Of a stretch of DNA of 64,000 bases, positions 58,788-64,000 are shown piece by piece; the first letter of the stretch is position 1, and the number at the start of each line of letters is the position of its first letter. The notes below the pieces were generated by a model. It saw only the letters and a program-made list of their open reading frames with translations. It was not told the origin of the DNA and did no database searches. Position numbers and translations under genes: made by a program. Origin of the DNA: Bacilli bacterium (GTDB lineage Bacteria > Bacillota_I > Bacilli_A > RFN20 > CAG-826); NCBI GenBank assembly GCA_024696885.1, contig JAILGI010000003.1, positions 8,897 through 72,896 of the forward strand, written 5' to 3'.

Positions 58788-61484
58788 TTATTGATTAACA
58801 ATAATTAATGTTTCAAATGGGGATAATGTGATCTTGCCATTGGTTGGTGTCTTACCAAGTGTGTCAAGATAAATTGTCTTACCACTAACATCAACTTCTT
58901 GTGTCATTGTTAATGATGGAGCAGCATGCCATGCTTCGACTGTTTTACCATCCCAAACGAATGATGTTTTGATGATTTGTTTGTCATATGCACGAACGGT
59001 GTCTGCAGGAGCAGCAGTGTCGCGATGTAAACCTTCCGCTTGTTGTTTTAAAGCGATGAGTTTTTGATATTGTTCAAACAAATCTTGATGTTTGATCTTT
59101 AAGGCATAATCGATTTGGTTAGTTAAATAGTTAGATGAATAGGAGTTACCACTGACATCTGGTCTATTTAATGGATTGCCATCTTCGTCTTTTGCCATGA
59201 CGACATTACCATCTTCATCATAGATGATTTTGGTTCTCATCATTTCTTCACCAGCGAGCATGAATGTGGTGCCTTGAGAGGTGAAGACTAAGGAGTTAGA
59301 TAAGATATTGACTTTCTTAATGAATGCTTCATCAGAGATACCAGCGACGATACATCTATCATGTACGGTGTAGTTATCGTGACAGGAAACATAATTAACG
59401 GTCTTATTGGGATCATCGGTAGCACCGGATGTAATACCTCTCATACCATCGACGATTTCATCGCATGGAACGACGTGTTCGGCTTGGTTAGTCCAACCTT
59501 TGTTACCAACGGTGTTCATACCGGATTTAATCATCGCATCTCTCATCTTGTCGTTGAATTGACCATATCCGACAAATTGGGAAGCGTTTTGTTGGTTAGC
59601 TGGTGTGAATCCGCTTGGCATAGCGATATCGCCACCGGCCCATGGTTCACCATAAATGGTGGATTTTGGATTGATTTCTTTAATTGCGGCGTCTAATTGG
59701 TTCATGGTTTCCACATCATGGATACCCATTAAGTCAAAACGGAAGCCATCTAATTTGTATTCTTCAGTCCAGAATTTTGTGGAATCAATCATGAATCTTC
59801 TGAACATGTATTTATCAGAAGCGGTTTCATTACCGCATCCACTACCATTGGATGGAGAATCATTATCCGCGTAACGGAAATAATAGTTAGGCATTAAGAC
59901 ATCGAAGTTACAGCCACTTAAACCATTAACGTGGTTATAAACAACGTCCATGATAATGGCGATACCCGCGTCGTGATATGCTTTTACTAATTCTTTGAAT
60001 TCTCTAATTCTCACTAAACCATCAAATGGATTAGAGGAATAGCCACCTTCTACAACATTGTAGTTAAGTGGATTATAGCCCCAGTTAAAGGACATTTTGG
60101 TTTCATTATTTGCTTGGTCAAATAAAGGAATGATTTGCACAGCGTTAACGCCTAATTCTTTAATGTGATCAAAACCGGTTTTGACGGTGGTACCATTCTT
60201 GGTGTATGTGGTGCCGGCTTCATAGAAGCCTTTGAATAATTTGGCGTTTTCTGGTGTACCACCCCAAGTTTCGGAACATGTGAGTTCGGCGATATGGGTT
60301 TCATACACTGTTAATTCTTTACGGTCATATTGCATGTATTCAACATTATCCCAACCTTCAGGATTGGTATCGCTGAAGTCAACGATCATACCACGAAGTC
60401 CACTAACACCAGCGCTTAATGCGTATGGGTCAACGACTTCTCTACCGTTAGGATAAGCGGAGTTGGTCACGAAATATGTGTAGTATTTACCGGCTAAATT
60501 GCCATCAACGGTAACGGAGAAGACACCTTTTTCACCTTTGACCATGTCATATTTAGTGAAGGTATCATCACCTTTTGTAGGATCCACACTTGTTGGTGTG
60601 CCGTTTTCATAAATTCTTAATTCGATTTGTTGGCTGATTGGTGACCAAACTTTGAATGTGGTGCTTTGTGCACTATAGATAGCGCCTAATTCACCATCAT
60701 AGTTATATTTTGCATCGAAATCAGCATTATATAACGCACGAGCGGAAACACTCTTAACGCATTTCATATTGTTACCGAAGTCGATTTCGGCTTGATAGCT
60801 ATCCGCGATATCCGCGGGTTCATCTAATTTATAGGTGTATAAGGATTTATCACTAGAAATAGAGACTTCTGGGGTGATAACTTCACCATTCTTTCTTAAA
60901 GTGACGCCTTCTAATGGGTTGTTAGCTTCGACTTTAATTTGTTTGGCGGTGGTGAATTTACAAAGATTAACCGCGTTCATCACTTTGGTTCTTTCTTTAT
61001 CCGTATACACGGTACCTTTTTTATTTAATAAATAAATATTATAGGATTGGTGCTCATCCGCTTGTAGCATGTCAAAATCGATAAAGCGATCTTGACCATA
61101 GTCTTTCTTCCAAACACCATCACCAGCGTAGGAGAATAATTGTTTAACAATAAATCCTAAGCTTTTTGGATTACCAAAGGTGGATAAAGGATAATAAGCG
61201 ATGACGCCATAATCATCGGAATAATTGAATTCATATTCCGAACCTTCTTTACCTTCTGACCATAACCACAAACCATAATGGGTGTAGGAATCAGATGTTC
61301 TTTGATAATGGATTTGCACGGATGGTTCATCTAAATAAGATGTAATTGTGGGTAAACCAGAATCATTTTCAATAGGACCACCTGATGGAGGGGTTGGATC
61401 CTCTTTTTCTTTTTTGCTACAACCAGCAAGCGTTACTGGAATAAGAGCAAAGACGAATAAAGGGGCTAGAAATTTAATTTTCAT
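58788..61484 (-). CDS. pulA: Extracellular lipoprotein pullulanase (GH13_14) with N-terminal carbohydrate-binding modules
   Basis: Lipobox LAGC. YNWGYNP, GFRFDLMG, YGEPW and CHDN GH13 pullulanase regions. ~350-aa N-terminal CBM41/CBM48-like region. Confidence 0.9.
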   Translation of the reverse strand: MKIKFLAPLFVFALIPVTLAGCSKKEKEDPTPPSGGPIENDSGLPTITSYLDEPSVQIHYQRTSDSYTHYGLWLWSEGKEGSEYEFNYSDDYGVIAYYPLSTFGNPKSLGFIVKQLFSYAGDGVWKKDYGQDRFIDFDMLQADEHQSYNIYLLNKKGTVYTDKERTKVMNAVNLCKFTTAKQIKVEANNPLEGVTLRKNGEVITPEVSISSDKSLYTYKLDEPADIADSYQAEIDFGNNMKCVKSVSARALYNADFDAKYNYDGELGAIYSAQSTTFKVWSPISQQIELRIYENGTPTSVDPTKGDDTFTKYDMVKGEKGVFSVTVDGNLAGKYYTYFVTNSAYPNGREVVDPYALSAGVSGLRGMIVDFSDTNPEGWDNVEYMQYDRKELTVYETHIAELTCSETWGGTPENAKLFKGFYEAGTTYTKNGTTVKTGFDHIKELGVNAVQIIPLFDQANNETKMSFNWGYNPLNYNVVEGGYSSNPFDGLVRIREFKELVKAYHDAGIAIIMDVVYNHVNGLSGCNFDVLMPNYYFRYADNDSPSNGSGCGNETASDKYMFRRFMIDSTKFWTEEYKLDGFRFDLMGIHDVETMNQLDAAIKEINPKSTIYGEPWAGGDIAMPSGFTPANQQNASQFVGYGQFNDKMRDAMIKSGMNTVGNKGWTNQAEHVVPCDEIVDGMRGITSGATDDPNKTVNYVSCHDNYTVHDRCIVAGISDEAFIKKVNILSNSLVFTSQGTTFMLAGEEMMRTKIIYDEDGNVVMAKDEDGNPLNRPDVSGNSYSSNYLTNQIDYALKIKHQDLFEQYQKLIALKQQAEGLHRDTAAPADTVRAYDKQIIKTSFVWDGKTVEAWHAAPSLTMTQEVDVSGKTIYLDTLGKTPTNGKITLSPFETLIIVNQ

Positions 61485-61487
61485 AAA

Positions 61488-61874
61488 TTAGTTTTCTCCT
61501 TCAGCGACCCATATACCAAATAATGAGAATTCACTGTAATTGGTTTTTATTTTGTTTTTGGAAAAATTCCAAAGGTCGCTCTTGTTATCGATAATTTCCT
61601 TTTCACTCCAACCGAGGAAGTTAGGAAATTCGGGAAATGGGGCTTCTGTTGGTTTTGCAGGTTCAGTAACCTTAGAACCATTTTTCACCTTTTGGGTGTC
61701 ATAGATTTCTCCAGCGGCTTCTTTGTTGTAGTCGAGGTAGAAATTAACCGTGACATAGCCATCATCTGGATCATCAGGGTCATCATCACTGCTCTTTTTA
61801 CAACCAGCTAGAGCTGATGCCGAACATGCAGCGAGGAGAAGGAATAAAGGGAGTTTAAACTTTTTCATTTTCAA
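61488..61874 (-). CDS. Small lipoprotein with a single Listeria-Bacteroides (Flg_new-type) repeat domain
   Basis: Lipobox LAGC, a DDDPDDPDD linker, and then YVTVNFYLD...NFLGWSEKEIIDNKSDLWNFSKN...LFGIWV, which matches the GYxFxGW...W...A.W repeat pattern. Confidence 0.6.
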   Translation of the reverse strand: MKMKKFKLPLFLLLAACSASALAGCKKSSDDDPDDPDDGYVTVNFYLDYNKEAAGEIYDTQKVKNGSKVTEPAKPTEAPFPEFPNFLGWSEKEIIDNKSDLWNFSKNKIKTNYSEFSLFGIWVAEGEN

Positions 61875-61882
61875 AAGCCTCC

Positions 61883-64000
61883 TTAACTATTCTTGGTTAA
61901 ACAAACACAGGTATCCCAACCTAGTTTGATATAACCAGTTTGTGGATGGGTGAATCCACCATCTTTTGGATTGGAACAGAACACTTGTTTATTGAATTTG
62001 ACACCACCGCTATCGAGGCCATCATAGGCACCAAAGCTAATAGCTTCATCACAACAACCGGCTAAGAAGAAGAAGTGATTGTTATTCTTCATACCGATAC
62101 AAGTGGAGTTATTGCCATAATTCCAAACATTAATTTGACATTGTGAACTAAATGGGTTCTTGGTAGGAGTTCTTGGTTCCCACTTTTCAGAACCATCATC
62201 GTTATAACCATTTTGGACCCAGACAAAGTCTAAGTCTTCTTCGGAATATTTTTCTAATGTGGTATTTCTTAATTCGATGGCTTTTTCTAATTCTTGAACG
62301 TAGTCAAGAACAAAGGCATCGCCAACGTAAATCTTACGATCCCATTTAAAGGCGTTAACATCGTCGGATAAGTTATAAGAGTTATGGGAAACTTTCTTAC
62401 CAGCGACGGTAACGATATCACCTTTGCCTAATTCTAAATCTTCGTCGTTTGTGACGACTTTACTTCTGAATAATTCTTCGCCACCTTGCATGAATGCAAC
62501 ACCATTGGAGAACATGACGGCACAGTTAGCGGCAACGCTAGCAGCGCAGACAACGCCTGGATAATAACCATTATTACCATCCGCACCAACGGAATTGGTT
62601 AATTGGTCAAATAAGGTGAAGTTATCGTGACAAGAATTGTAGTTTACGCATTGATTTGGTGAAGAACCCGTGCCCTTATGGACACCGACGAGCATGTTAG
62701 CAACAGCTTCTGCTCTATCGCCTGTGTTCTTGGTGGATAAGAAGGAATCGTTGTTCTTTCCATCTTCAAACCAGTTATTGTCGCCTCTCATGGCGTCTCT
62801 AGCGGTGTCATTGAAACCACCGACATAGCACATTTCGCCATCTTTATATAATTTGTTATAAACGGTCCATGTATTGGCGCCCCAGTTGCCATAGTATTGG
62901 CCACCTTCGCCATTATCCATGTTACAACCGCCGTAACCTGACCAGCCTTCACCATAGAGGTAAATATCTGGATCAATTTTATATAAAGCTTTGGCTGCTT
63001 CTTTAATGGTCATATAGTCAATGTTGCCCATTAAGTCGAATCGGAAGCCTTTGATCTTGTATTCTTTAGCCCACCAGCAGAGGGATTCAACGATGTATTT
63101 ACTCATCATTGTGGCTTCTGTTTTAACTTCGTTACCACAGCCTGTTCCATCGTGATAGGAACCATCTGCGCGATAACGGAAGTAATATTTTGGCATGATT
63201 TTGTTAAAACATGATGATGGAGCGCTTGCGACGTGGTTATAAACGACGTCCATAACGATTCTCACTGGTTGTTTATCGCCAGCTTCATCAGTGTTAGAAG
63301 CAAATTTTTGGATTAATTGTTTGTATTCTTTAATTCTGGCGGAACCTTGATATGGGTTTGTAGCGTAGCTACCATCAACGCAGTTGTAGTTGAGTGGGTT
63401 ATAGCCCCAGTTATAACTACGCGCGCCGATTTGTTCTAAGTTATCGCTATCAAAGACAGGTTCTAATTGAATGGCTTTGACACCCATTTCGATTAAGTGA
63501 TCATAACCTGTGGTGACTTTGTAACCATTCTTTTCATAGGTTGTACCACTTTCGATAAACGCGGAATAGGTACCTCTCATCTCACTACCATTCCATGTTT
63601 CATCCATGGTTAAATCACGGATATGTGTTTCATAGATTGATAAATCATTTGGATGAGCGATATCAAAACCTGGTTGGTTATTCCATACGAGTGGGATATC
63701 ATCCCAACCTTCAGGATTGGTTAAGGAGAAATCGCACACCATGGAACGAGCACCATTGACGCCACAAGCTTTTGCGTATGGGTCATTCGCGGTGACTTTA
63801 CCATTGGAGTTCACGACGTAATAGTTGTAATAAACGCCATGTAAATCTCTATTTTTGATGGTGATTTGCCAAATACCACCTGGTTGGAAAGCCATGTCGT
63901 ATCCGGAATAGGAATCGTCACCACCGGGGACATCATAATCTTCGGTTAAGGATTCAGGGATACCACTCTTATAGAGTAATAAACGCACACGAGCAGCGGT
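61883..64000 (-). CDS. Second pullulanase-like GH13 enzyme, C-terminal ~705 aa (N-terminus lies beyond window end)
   Basis: YNWGYNP, GFRFDLMG, YGEGW and CHDN motifs. The reading frame stays open to the window edge (the track GTG at 63988 is not the true start). Confidence 0.85.
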   Translation of the reverse strand, partial: TAARVRLLLYKSGIPESLTEDYDVPGGDDSYSGYDMAFQPGGIWQITIKNRDLHGVYYNYYVVNSNGKVTANDPYAKACGVNGARSMVCDFSLTNPEGWDDIPLVWNNQPGFDIAHPNDLSIYETHIRDLTMDETWNGSEMRGTYSAFIESGTTYEKNGYKVTTGYDHLIEMGVKAIQLEPVFDSDNLEQIGARSYNWGYNPLNYNCVDGSYATNPYQGSARIKEYKQLIQKFASNTDEAGDKQPVRIVMDVVYNHVASAPSSCFNKIMPKYYFRYRADGSYHDGTGCGNEVKTEATMMSKYIVESLCWWAKEYKIKGFRFDLMGNIDYMTIKEAAKALYKIDPDIYLYGEGWSGYGGCNMDNGEGGQYYGNWGANTWTVYNKLYKDGEMCYVGGFNDTARDAMRGDNNWFEDGKNNDSFLSTKNTGDRAEAVANMLVGVHKGTGSSPNQCVNYNSCHDNFTLFDQLTNSVGADGNNGYYPGVVCAASVAANCAVMFSNGVAFMQGGEELFRSKVVTNDEDLELGKGDIVTVAGKKVSHNSYNLSDDVNAFKWDRKIYVGDAFVLDYVQELEKAIELRNTTLEKYSEEDLDFVWVQNGYNDDGSEKWEPRTPTKNPFSSQCQINVWNYGNNSTCIGMKNNNHFFFLAGCCDEAISFGAYDGLDSGGVKFNKQVFCSNPKDGGFTHPQTGYIKLGWDTCVCLTKNS

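Noticed and set aside
1-64000. Search for CRISPR arrays, IS/transposase genes, integrases, prophage blocks, toxin-antitoxin pairs, rRNA or tRNA genes
   Set aside because: None was seen. There are no direct-repeat arrays, and every sizeable ORF is accounted for by housekeeping or carbohydrate-utilisation functions. Intergenic spaces are short and are explained by promoters and terminators.
63989-64000. Annotated GTG start of the last ORF at 63988
   Set aside because: The frame remains open to the window edge, and GH13 pullulanases need N-terminal signal and CBM regions. It is treated as an internal codon of a longer, partial gene.

Overview
This is an AT-rich (about 35-38% GC), gene-dense chromosomal window from a low-GC Gram-positive-type bacterium, with roughly 50 of 57 genes on the minus strand. 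It looks like an anaerobic Firmicutes or Tenericutes relative (Erysipelotrichia- or Acholeplasma-like), judging by standard genetic code, T-box regulation, abundant lipoproteins and a flavodiiron/rubredoxin oxygen-stress cluster. Taxonomy is inference only.

Positions 1-46,000 are conserved housekeeping genes in this order:
- comEC (partial) and comEA
- greA
- a split chrA pair
- DUF1292, ruvX and alaS, with a T-box leader on alaS
- mnmA, dtd, rarA, pdp
- an RsmB/F-family methyltransferase
- a cytoplasmic pullulanase
- ftsK, RNase J and pnp
- the classic rpsO, ribF, truB, rbfA, infB, ylxR, nusA, rimP block
- a Sel1-repeat protein, mntP and a HAD hydrolase
- a rubredoxin, a four-domain flavodiiron protein and a flavodoxin
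- a GNAT acetyltransferase, recN and tcdA
- copA and csoR
- a TrmH-family methyltransferase, an M48/DUF45 peptidase, DUF523 and a dimeric-type dUTPase
- glgP and glgB

Positions 46,000-64,000 are an alpha-glucan (starch/maltodextrin) utilisation locus. It has a MalEFG-type ABC transporter, an oversized MsmX ATPase, an extracellular lipoprotein alpha-amylase and two lipoprotein-anchored pullulanases. Three non-catalytic lipoproteins and small membrane proteins of unknown function are interleaved, and each transcription unit ends in a clear hairpin terminator. This lipoprotein-based arrangement resembles a Sus-type system in a non-Bacteroidetes host and is the most interesting part of the window.

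Two genes missing from the ORF track were recovered by reading the sequence: a partial comEC at the left edge and a 51-aa rubredoxin. No CRISPR array, IS element, prophage, rRNA or tRNA gene was found.
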